A program made the position numbers and the translations under genes. DNA of 63,967 bases, counting the filler, from Diploschistes diacapsis (Eukaryota): assembly GCA_023645945.1 (NCBI GenBank). It is 4 parts of 4 records of this genome, joined end to end, with 100 filler letters (N's around TTAATTAATTAA, not from the genome) between each part and the next. Parts side by side here need not be neighbours in the genome. Positions count along the whole stretch, not along the records: positions 16,709 to 33,291 come from JALAIB010000498.1; 3 more parts are not named here. The stretch is one strand, 5' to 3'. The notes beneath the pieces are model-generated. The model worked only from the letters and a program-made list of their open reading frames with translations. It was not told the origin of the DNA and made no database searches. This document shows positions 22,913-33,391 of this stretch, piece by piece; position 1 is the stretch's first letter; each line of letters opens with the position of its first letter.

Positions 22913-24229
22913 GCGGATCGGCAAGCGTAGGGTTATGGGAAGGTTGATTAACCATTGGAGACGGAGAGGAGCAGCTCTGGATGGAGTGAACAAGTATGAA
23001 AGAGGTGGAGAACGTGGTTGATGCAGAACGCTCCAGGGATCGACGAGCAGAAGTGGAAGAGAGCCGGTTGTGGATGCTGCGGAAAGATTGATGACGGTCA
23101 CGACACGCTAAAGCACCATACCAGAGCATTGGTAACAGACTAAGCAGCCTAGGAGGGCCCAAGGTACCTCATGTACAGCAGTTCTATCCCGTGGCACCGG
23201 AAGCTCATGCTGGTAGCTACACTACTTACTCCTAATGCATAATGTTTTATTCCAGCCGCTCTCAGCCACGAACGTGCACCAGTACCATCAACTCCCTTTT
23301 ATACATTAAAAGATGTCTGGGAGCACCAGACTGTGACCAAGCAGCTCTTGCCTCTATTACTTGCTCCTCTGATAGGGCATACGGTCAATTTAAATGCTCC
23401 GAACTTCCTGAGGTGGTGATTATACAATTTATATACTCATGTACATCTTCCGAGCGGTTGAACTGCTAGTACTTTCACTGCTAATCCGTGCTCTTATTGG
23501 TTCGGCCTAGGAATTGGCTGACAATAACCTTAACAGTTTGGACCAAAATACTGAGTTAATGCGTACGTACCTACGGACGGACGGACGGACTGAACGCAAA
23601 CGACGCGACTCTTTCCAGGAAACATCCTCAACTCCTTGATACACCAGAACTGCTTTTTGGGAATGGATAACTCCTCAATACCTGGATTCGGCTCGGCGCT
23701 GGGAGAAATGCCGAAATCTTTCTTTCTTTATGTGAAGGGGGGACCTGTCAATCATGTACAGCTCGGCTGCAACGGATATGGCCGCCTCGGCCTCCAGAGT
23801 TGGAACGGACGATGGGGTTAAGCATTCCAAATCTATGCCCAACTGTGCCTTTTGATATTAACAAAATACACCCTCGGCTTCAGACCTAGAAGCTCTCTTC
23901 TCCACTTATCGTGTTCTCTTTGCTGTTGTAGGCTGATTGGCGGGCCAACTGAAGATTTATGTCGGCCAAATCTCACGCCGGCTTTCTCGTCGGACCAGGG
24001 GTCTGGTGAGATGGACGATACCGGCAATTCTTCATGGCAGCGAACGCTGCTGCCGCTTCTTGTTGTTGGCCAGTGTTAGTTTTATCATTCCTCAAGCTCA
24101 ATTTTGCTTTTCCGTATCTTCATTGTTTCAGTCTTTACTATTGTCCCTTTTGTACAATCCCAAGTATTTGATGACCCCATTGCTAGCTTCAACAACCAAG
24201 TTGGAAGACCTAGATACGCGCCATCTCTC

Positions 24230-25530
24230 ATGAATACTCTGCACGATGACTCTCTGCCAACTTGTCTGCTGCCCAACCTCCGCCGGGGGTTCAGTCAAAC
24301 TTTATTGACCCGTCCGCACAGGCGGACACTTTAATGGCACTCAAAGCGATATTCCTAATCTTGATGTTGACATACGTGTCAATCAGGGTATATTTCAGAG
24401 GCATCGTCATGCATGCCTTGGGCTGGGATGATCGTAAGAGCTCCTGGAGCACTTCCTAGCCTAATGCTTGATCGATGTCTAGACGTTTGCTTGCTCGCTG
24501 CAGCAGCTTCCATCGTCCATAGCGGGCTGATGCTCGGCTCCATCCAGCTAGGCTTTGGGTACCACATGTGGGATATGCGGGCCAGCGAACTACTCGACGA
24601 AAACCATATACGCCTACTGAACAGCACGGCACTGGTCTATCCAATCGTGATCTTCCTGGTGAAGCTCTCCATGGTCCTCATGTACCTACGCATCTTCTCG
24701 ATAGACATTCGAGTGCGGACCACCATCTACGTGGGCATCGCCGTCGTTGCCGCCGTGCACGCCACGGCCCTGGGACTTCAAGTGGGATCAGAGGTCCTGT
24801 GCGTGAACGAGGAACCACCGACCTCCATCCGCTCTGCGTCAACCAATACCCTATCAACGTTATCGAAAGCATACTCTACGTCCTCACGGATTTGTTCGTG
24901 TTCTTATTACCCATCGACAGAATCCTCCGCCTCCAAGTCAAGGGACGGGAAAATCAGGGCATCCTCATCGTCTTCAGCGTAGCCTCGTGCTCGCTGCTGG
25001 TATCCATCGCCAGGCTCGTCATCCTCTCCGTAACATTTCATGCCGGCGAGACCTTCTGGACCGCCGCCCTGTGCGCTGAGATGTCGTGAGTCCGGCCCCG
25101 CAGCCATCAAAAAAAAAACAAGCATCTCAATAACGCTAACTCTCAACAGAGTCGTCGAAATCAACATGGCAATCGCCACCTCTTGCGCGCCCGTCATGCC
25201 ACGGTTCTTCAGCCGCGTCAAAGTGGCCGGGTCCTCGGCGTTCCACAACTTCCGGAGCCGTGCCTCGACCGCGACCAAGGCGTCGGAGCTTCCGACCGGT
25301 ATGAGCGATTCGAGGCGCAGCGAGCGGGGCACGGCGAGAAGTATGGAGGGACGCATACGGCTTCGACGAGGGGCGTTTTCGACAAGAGCTGGGTTCGGCT
25401 GAAGGACATGCCGCGTGCTGATGCCGCCGCGGCAGCTGTGGGGAGCTATGATATACGGCGAGCATATCCTGTAGCACAGCATAGCATGGCACATCAAACC
25501 GAGCTATCCGGCCGGCCAGATGGGAAATAA
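24230..25530 (+). pseudogene. PTH11-like (fungal rhodopsin-domain) integral membrane protein with frameshifts
   Basis: PPPGVQSNFIDP, GWDD, GFGYHMWD, VKLSMVLMYLRIF, TDLFVFLLPI and VEINMAIATSCAP. Introns 24434-24482 and 25086-25149. Frame breaks near 24256 and 24810, possibly a third near 25340. Confidence 0.75.
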
Positions 25531-26560
25531 ACATACTTGGACACAAGGATGGGTTATGCGTTCTGTTTTTGAATCTTCAGTTCTTGGGTGCTCAGAACCT
25601 GACGATAACGTGGGACGATGAAAGATGAAAGCGGATTCGAAGGCAGCCCAGGAGGCCAGGAGGAGGGAGGAAGAGGAGGGGAAGGAGAAAGAAGGGGATG
25701 GAGGAGAAGAAAGGTACCTCTCTAGCGAGGAATGAAGCCCTATGTGTGTCACGTGATCAATACAGGAGGCAGGAAGAAAACACATAATAGCAAGACAATG
25801 TCATCAATAAGTTACCCCCCCCCTCCTCCCGGCGGGGCCTCTACAGGATTTCTCCTATTAATTGATGTTTATATAGAAGCGAGAGAGATGCTTTCGCATT
25901 AATGATGAAACAAACCTGCGATTCCGAAACACTCCCCGGAACTATTAGGTTTACTTTATCATCGGTCTGAAGCATCTTTCGACTTCTTGTATAAGTGGAA
26001 ACTGGTGGAAAAAGGTACGGGTTGGGCAAAGTGTTATTGATGCTGCCTGAATAGGTGCCCAGATGGGTATCTTGGGGGAGGACTGATCTATTGCGTTGAG
26101 CTTGAATAGAAGCAAGCCGGGTGTTTGGACGCTTGCTTTTCCTCTGGCAGCAATAGGTACAAGTGTTTAGGAGCCATAACCTCGAATGGGATTGTTCGAA
26201 CTGGGTAGAAAGAGGACCCGCCTTATTGTGAGACTTTGTTCACGACAGAAAGGATCGACAAAGGGAAGCGTGTCGTTTGACGCCGACCTACTGGGCGCCC
26301 GTGTCGTTGTCAACACTCGAAAGCCTTTGACTGGGTCTTGGTCGGTTAGAGAGTATACCACGAACAAACGAACGAAATAACACAATGGCTCTGGGCTGCA
26401 AATATAAGCGTTATGATCCACTCCCATTTTCCTGTCATCCTCTTCCATTCCCATCTTCAAACGGAAGGCAGCAAGTAGCCCTGATCCTCCTCAGCACTCG
26501 ATACTTCCCCAATTCCCCACTCAAAAAAGCCCCGATCACTAACCTAACAAAAGGGAAAAC

Positions 26561-27064
26561 ATGCGGTCACGTCCTATCGTCTCGGACATCCGCTTCCTCC
26601 CATTACCTTCAGACTCACCCGGTCGCTGGATCAACGACCGGCACAGAATCCTCTCCCTCCTCTCCCTCCTCTCCGACGAAGACCTCGCGTATAACAACGC
26701 ACCCACTTTCCGCACCCTCTTCTTCTGTCCCACGACCGAAGTACTGGCGGTCTACCAGCCCCCTCTGCACCTGGATGTGCAGATCCTCTTCATGAGCGAG
26801 GATAGGCTGTACGTTGCCGCGGTCGATTGGCATCGCGGCATTATGCCAGGAGCGATGAATATTTCGCTGGAGTTTGGAATGCTCGGAGGGATGGCTGTTA
26901 CCGCTGCGATGCCGCTAGTGAGTGTCCTCGAGCGTTGTTATCGTCAGGGAGAGTTTGAGGTCAAGGACCTGGAAGAATACGAGTATGCGACGGAGCCGTG
27001 CCCGCGGAGGATCTATTCGGGGCTCCTGGATTGGATAGTGAGTGGGAACGGAGCTGAGTGTTAA
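26561..27064 (+). CDS. Hypothetical protein (167 aa; may have an upstream exon)
   Basis: Open frame with globular composition and coding-like codon use. CTAAC..AAG acceptor-like sequence just upstream. No family recognised. Confidence 0.5.
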   Translation: MRSRPIVSDIRFLPLPSDSPGRWINDRHRILSLLSLLSDEDLAYNNAPTFRTLFFCPTTEVLAVYQPPLHLDVQILFMSEDRLYVAAVDWHRGIMPGAMNISLEFGMLGGMAVTAAMPLVSVLERCYRQGEFEVKDLEEYEYATEPCPRRIYSGLLDWIVSGNGAEC

Positions 27065-28060
27065 GGTTAGAAGTTAAGAATGTGAGGGTGTTATTGGTGC
27101 GATGGTGAGTCCTCGGAAAAGCCCTGATGGTTGATTTTATCTCATCTGGAACGAGTTTCCTTAGCGTTAGCTAGGAACCCAGCACGCGAAGAGCAAATGC
27201 TTGCATGCGGTAGCAAAAAGAGTTTCTGGATGATCAGATCCAGTAGCAACTTCAGGTAATAATGAATTGACATCATTCCATTTCTGATACTGACATGTGA
27301 CGATCACGTACGCTAAACATTCGTTATGACTCGCTGTAGCAAGTCAATCAAAGATCTGAAAAGCCATCTTAGTGGAAAGAGTAATGTGCTGGTGCACCGT
27401 ATCGCTAGAGCTGGAGATGTTTTGCGCTGACTGAAGAGCCATCCCAAAGGCTGACACAGGGATCAAGACAAAGAGAAAGGGGGAAAATGGAGCGCATGTA
27501 CGTACATCTAGATGTACATGTGTGCGTGTATCTTCCTGTGTATATGTATGTCGGGCTAGTGCGTTGCTTCTTCGAGTCTGGTGTGTGAGTCTGGCTTTCG
27601 ATCTGAATCAACCCAATAGACCTAGGAATCGGATCTGTGAGCTTCCAGTCAAGTCGAGTCGGCGAGACAAGCAAAGATAAAACAAGACAGACAAGGTGAA
27701 ACAATGGCATTCATACATTCCAGATCATGCTCATTCATCCTGCTCATTCGTGCCCATTGTCCTGCTCATATAAAGAAAGAAAGCCTCTCGCCTTACCCTG
27801 TCTCGAGTTCCTAAGACTTGGTCCCAGCCGCCTCTCCTCAGTTCTTCTTCGGTTTTGCACTTTTGTCTGTCTATATTAGTCTCCCCCTTTATACGCCTAC
27901 CAGAGCTATACCAGAGCTAGCCTCATCCTCGTCCTTGCCTTCCAGCAACAAGGCCCTTCGCTCTCGATTCTCAGCGCCTAGTTCGCGTTCATACCCGCGC
28001 TTTCAATACACGTATCCGCCAACTCATAGTTTTCGAGAGAAAAGCCGGAAACAATCGGAC

Positions 28061-28336
28061 ATGCTGCTCTGCCGCTCAGCAACCACAACCCACCACTGGC
28101 TCCTCTGTCTCTCTATTGCGTTCGCTGTCACCACCTTTGGCGTTGTTATCGGGATCTACTTCGCCCTCCACAACGCCCGATCCTTTGCTCTTTCATCTCC
28201 TCCTTCGTCTGCTGCATCCGCACCGAGGATCTCCCTTACTGTGCCTGCCGGGCCCGTGACGTCGATGACAACTACCGTTACCGCCACTTTCGTTGCCACT
28301 GCTATGAAAGGCGTGCCGACGTATGGACACCCATGA
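28061..28336 (+). CDS. Small single-pass membrane protein with Ser/Thr-rich tail (paralog A)
   Basis: WLLCLSIAFAVTTFGVVIGIYFAL hydrophobic helix, then an S/T/P-rich segment. Similar to the gene at 29206. Confidence 0.55.
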   Translation: MLLCRSATTTHHWLLCLSIAFAVTTFGVVIGIYFALHNARSFALSSPPSSAASAPRISLTVPAGPVTSMTTTVTATFVATAMKGVPTYGHP

Positions 28337-29205
28337 GGTTGGTCTCGAAGGCCACGTTCAAGGCGTTGAGGGAATTATGGCCGCCTGGCACACAAACACT
28401 GTGGCGAGGATAACACGACTTGGGTTACTCTTGTTGCGTAGAGGGGAGCTGCGACGAAAGTAGGGCAGGAGGGTGCGCTTATGACCAGAGAGTGTAGGGG
28501 AAGCATGTAAGGACTAGAACGTTTGTCTAGATATTGAGAGTGCGGGAACGCGTTGCGCGTTTAAAACATTATTCCGTGTTTACTATAGTGTGTATAAGAG
28601 AACTGCGCGTGCGCGTGTGCATGTGAATTGGATGACTTGAAGCCTATTTGTTAAACTTTGGTGGGGAAGACGTGTGCGGAACAGTACAATGAAAAATGGT
28701 TAGATCCTCTTGTCCAGAATCCATTCAAACACGGTTCACTAGAGATACTTTGAAGCGCGTGGTTGGTAGTATAACGACTTTCTAGATGTGAAGCTGCACG
28801 CAAGTTTGTTCGCTTGTTTGGTTTTCCATGAAACACTTTGCGGCGATTGGTGCAGAACGGCCAAAAGTACCGCCTGCCCCTGCCCCTGCCGAGCGCGGGA
28901 CAGACGAAACACGCGAGCTGCATATCTCTCGAGAAACATTGTCCATCGACGACTGATTGCTAAAATGTCAATGGAACACTTGCGCGACTTGAAAGGGATG
29001 TGGTTGTCCACGTACCCTGGATAGGGATACGTGGAACAAGGTGCGCTTTGTTTGAGACAAAGAGGAGTGACATAACAAGCCGACTCACAAAGTCATATAA
29101 CCATCACAAGGCCTCACCTGTCTTTCGAAGGCCCTGTTCCAACTCTACTTTCTTTTAGCGATAGCCAAGAAATTTCTTCTTTAGTATACCTTTAATCCAG
29201 CCACC

Positions 29206-29868
29206 ATGTCCGATAAGCGATCATCGACGCGAAAGTCAATGTTGAAGGAAGAGCTGGATCTCTCGCCTTCCTGGTCGGAAATCATCCTCAGCGAGGACTT
29301 CAAGGGTTCAAAATCGCTTGAGCACGCCCACGAGGCCGGCATCCTCCCACCAGAATACTTTGAGCTGCAATCAGCAGCCGTTCCAAACCCACCACCTCCA
29401 CCTTATGGCCAAGTCGCAACCGGAATTAGGTCAACGACACGGAGGTGGTTGATATGTTTGAGTGTCGGGCTATGTCTCCTAGCCATCGCATTGTTTCTTG
29501 TCATTTTCTTTGCCGTCCGGCCTCATCCGGCCTCAGCGGCTCCGTCAGCCAACAGCACAACCTCTGTGGCACTTTCAACAGCAATCGTCACAGTTACCGC
29601 TTCCATTACGCTGAAAACGACTGTTTCTTCCTCGTCACCACTACCAACGACCCTAATGAAAGCCACGACAGTCGTCAGCTTTGAACCGCCTCGATTGACG
29701 ATCGGTACTTTTCACCCATACGCCAGCCATGCTCCGCCCATTATTTCCGAGACGGAAAAGAAGACCACGGCCAAGCCAAGCTCCAGCCCAAGCCCAAGCC
29801 CAAGCACTAGTGTTCAGAATGAAGTAGTCGCCTCCTTTCTTTTCCCTGCCGTTGTTGGAGGAGCCTAA
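29206..29868 (+). CDS. Type II single-pass mucin-like membrane protein with PPPY motif (paralog B, 220 aa)
   Basis: CCACCATG start, PPPPPY, TM RRWLICLSVGLCLLAIALFLVIFFAV, S/T-rich C-terminus with NST sequon. Confidence 0.7.
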   Translation: MSDKRSSTRKSMLKEELDLSPSWSEIILSEDFKGSKSLEHAHEAGILPPEYFELQSAAVPNPPPPPYGQVATGIRSTTRRWLICLSVGLCLLAIALFLVIFFAVRPHPASAAPSANSTTSVALSTAIVTVTASITLKTTVSSSSPLPTTLMKATTVVSFEPPRLTIGTFHPYASHAPPIISETEKKTTAKPSSSPSPSPSTSVQNEVVASFLFPAVVGGA

Positions 29869-31662
29869 CAGAAGGAGTAGGAAACCAGCGAAGCCGGTCC
29901 GAAACAGACTGGCATTGACGGGCCGGTTGGATTTCGGCCGGTTGGACAGGCCAAGCAGATAGTTCCTGCGGAGTAGTACCTCAGAGAAAGGCCCCAGCGA
30001 AGAAATGTAAGGTCATAGAGGGCGAAGAGATACCGACAGCCTTGAAACAGGGTTCTGGTGGCAGCTCTGCTCCAGTTCCTGTGGCTATCCTTTTGACAGT
30101 GTAACGAAATGAACAAGCTTGCATGCCAAATCTTCGACATGAATCTTGTGAGGTGTCGTGAATTTTCGTAGAACAAGTAGGATGGATAGCTTTGGACATC
30201 AGGTGCCTACTTGGACTCTCTGTAACTGCACGGGCTGTATATATATACTCGTGGTAAGCAGAAACTAATATCAGGTTTGAGATCAACAAAGCGATTCCAG
30301 AGATCGTCCTGGGCACACAAAGCCTATCTTTGCCATACTAAGAATTATCGGATACCCATCCAAGAGAACCTGCGTTTCTTGCATTCAAAGCCTACCACGA
30401 TCTACTCATCAGCATCGAGCTTCTGAGATCCAGACATGGAAAGCAGCCGGCCTGGAGAGGAACCCGTCTCTCAACTGAGGATTGGACGAGAGCACATGTG
30501 ACGATCTGGACAAGTCGTCACTTATCTTCCAGTCCACCATACAAGTACGAAGGAAAGAACCACGAACACATCTCGTTGTTGAGAAATACGAAATACGAAA
30601 ATACGTAGATGCGTTGCCAAGCACATGCCAAGCCCATGCCAAGCCCATCACGGCCCCGGAAGCAGCCTAGAGTGCCAAGCCCACTAGCCTTCCCTCCCAA
30701 ACACGTGCCTTGAGTCTTGGCAAGCCCTTACGCTCTTTGTCTCAACTTCTCTTGCGCATAAACGACTCGAAGCTCTCCCCGTCTCAGCCCTGTGGGGAGG
30801 CATGAACTCCCCTTATGCTCCCTCTCTCCTCCCTCCATTGCCCACACCGGACAGAGACGCAGATGATTCCACGCATGACAACACGTCGCAGAATGCCGAG
30901 CCCGAGTGTTGACATTATACCAAAAAATATCTCCAGGCCATCCCTGCGCCGCCTGGATGCAGGGTAGAAGGATAGATACAGCTTGCAGGCAGGCAGGTAC
31001 CTCTGTCAGAGCATGGCATGAATGTTCTATATGCCACTTCAAGCACCAGTAACCGCCCGGCTGTCGAGACCGTTGTTGCTGTACTACTGCCAACCCGACC
31101 AACTAGCGCATTGCATGCCCGATCTCAGGACCGCTTGCTTTGCCCTTCAATCTAATCTACTGATCTACCAACACCCGGTGTCTTCTTTCTCATAAGCAAG
31201 CAAGCGCACGACGAACGGCCAGTGCCAACCCAAACAGCCGAGCTGATATGCAACCATAACCGCGCCCTCACCATCCATTCATGCAGCCTTCAGTAGCTGC
31301 AGTATCCACGCGCTGCAAAACCCTCCACGCTCTATCCCACAGCATGAATCTCCTGCATCTCATTGAACCCCTCTCATCCTACCTATCTCGAGACCTCCTC
31401 ATATCCTCACATATCCTCCTCAGCCAATCTTGGCAGACAATAAGTACCATCCCCCTCCCACCGCACTCCCATTCTGTCCACTCTCTCTTTATCAAGCAGT
31501 CCTCATCCCAGTCCAGTCTCTTCCCACCAGCACACTCAACCCACATACACACACTCCCTTACGTTCTTCAAAAGACCCCCCCCATTTCCCATTTCGATTC
31601 GCTCTTTGACCGTCGCCGCGCGACCTTCCCAAGACACGCAAAAAAAATCAACAAAAGCCATA

Positions 31663-32235
31663 ATGAAGTTCCTCCTCGCCACCATCGCCCTCTTCCTCTC
31701 CGCCGTTATGGCGGCTCCTATTGCTCCTGATGGTGAGTCTTCCCTTCCCTTCCTTTCCCTTCCCTTCCCCCCCGGGCTACAGAAGCACCTTGGGCGGGAG
31801 AGAGTGGAAGCCAGGAACGAACAACCCATGGATGGAGGGTGTTTGGAAGCGATGAAGGAGCAACTTGAAGCAACGAAAGAACAACCAGCTCGAGGGGGAT
31901 ACAGCCGCGGAGGTAGCACCCTTCAGGAGTCCGTTGCCTTGTTTTCGCCTGTCTCGACAACTGATCCATATGGTAAGTAACCTTGCTTGACAGCCCTGGC
32001 ATCGGCGCCGCGAATTTCTTTCTTTCATGCAACCAAGTGTTATTATTTCATTATCAGTGGCAAAGAAAGGGACAGCGTTATGGTGACTCTGAGCTCGTTT
32101 TGCTGATGGCAACCCCGTACACCCCCGATATCGCAACGGCACGTTCACAAGGCGCGAGAAAATCATACTGTATATATATACCCCAAAGTGCATAATCTTG
32201 CTAATGGAATCGAAGGCGGTCAAAAGGTATTCTAA
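31663..32235 (+). CDS. Small secreted peptide/protein, exon structure uncertain
   Basis: MKFLLATIALFLSAVMA-APIAPD signal peptide. Donors at 31733 (GTGAGT) and 31973 (GTAAGT). Candidate acceptor GCTAAT..AAG at 32215 gives terminal GGQKVF*. Confidence 0.55.
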
Positions 32236-33291
32236 GCGGTAGCGTAACTTAGCGGGAGCTGATGTTGGACAGAAAAAAACTAAGGTATTTATTTCAGTTC
32301 GCCTTCAGAAGCTGGCCATATTGCAACTACTGAAAATCCACAATTGCTCGACATAGCACAGCAGCACTTCACTTTTCGCAAGATCCAAGCGATGCCTCGC
32401 CACCTGGGGGGAAAAACCAAGAAAAGACGTGACGAGGCTCGATTCGGCATTGCTGGTCGACTCGTCATAGATTCAATAACTATGAACCACATTGGTTTTG
32501 CCACAAAAGGGTTGCATGTTGCATCGAGAGGTCCTTAATCTACCATAGTATACCTAATTGATGGGCAGTTGGGCAGCACCCCCTTATTTCATGGAAGCAT
32601 TTTGGTATGAGCAAAAAAAAAAAAAAAACCAACAACTTTGATTGATTACACCACCAACCTTAGTCAGGCATGGTAAGTAAGTTTGCCCATTATCCCACCC
32701 GCTCCTTGTCTTACTGTAATGTCGCCCCAAGTTGCTGCCTAGCTGAAGGACAGAGTGGACCACTCCAAGCAGCCTTTCCGCCAAGAGACAGCGCCCTTTG
32801 GACGAACCCTTCTGCCGCCCTTGAACCGCCAAGTCAGAGTGGGCAGCTTTTTATCGACACCAGCTGCTCGCGACCCCATACGGGGCATCTTTTGAGAGAA
32901 GAGGCCCTGAACGGGAGGGCCCAGCACATGGAAAGCTTCTCAAAGAGTTACCCATGCCCGCAAAGGAGGCGTGGGCTCAACTGAGAAAGGAACCAACTTC
33001 TGAGAGGAAGATATGGCTCTGGTACCCGATCGGGTGCTGCAGCCGCTTCGCCGGGGGAAGGACGCCAGCGGTGCCTCCGGAAAGAGGAAGGAAATCAGGG
33101 TAGATACACACGTTTGAGGCGACTTGTTTCGCAGCACAAGGCATCGGAAAGGCAAACCGTGCAAGCCTCGTCAAGCACAACTCGTACCAGAGTTATGTTA
33201 TCCGGGGGCTTGGACCTTCACCTGCTTTTTTCTAGTTGCCGTGATCCTACAGCTTGAAATCCCCCATCCCCCTCTCCCACCCGCTCCTCGC

Positions 33292-33391
33292 NNNNNNNNN
33301 NNNNNNNNNNNNNNNNNNNNNNNNNNNNNNNNNNNTTAATTAATTAANNNNNNNNNNNNNNNNNNNNNNNNNNNNNNNNNNNNNNNNNNNN
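33292..33391. other. Artificial contig-joining spacer
   Basis: N44-TTAATTAATTAA-N44. Confidence 0.98.

Noticed and set aside
32670..32984. ATG|GTAAGT start of a possible gene near the contig end
   Set aside because: Poor branch point, and the downstream frames are short and uninformative.
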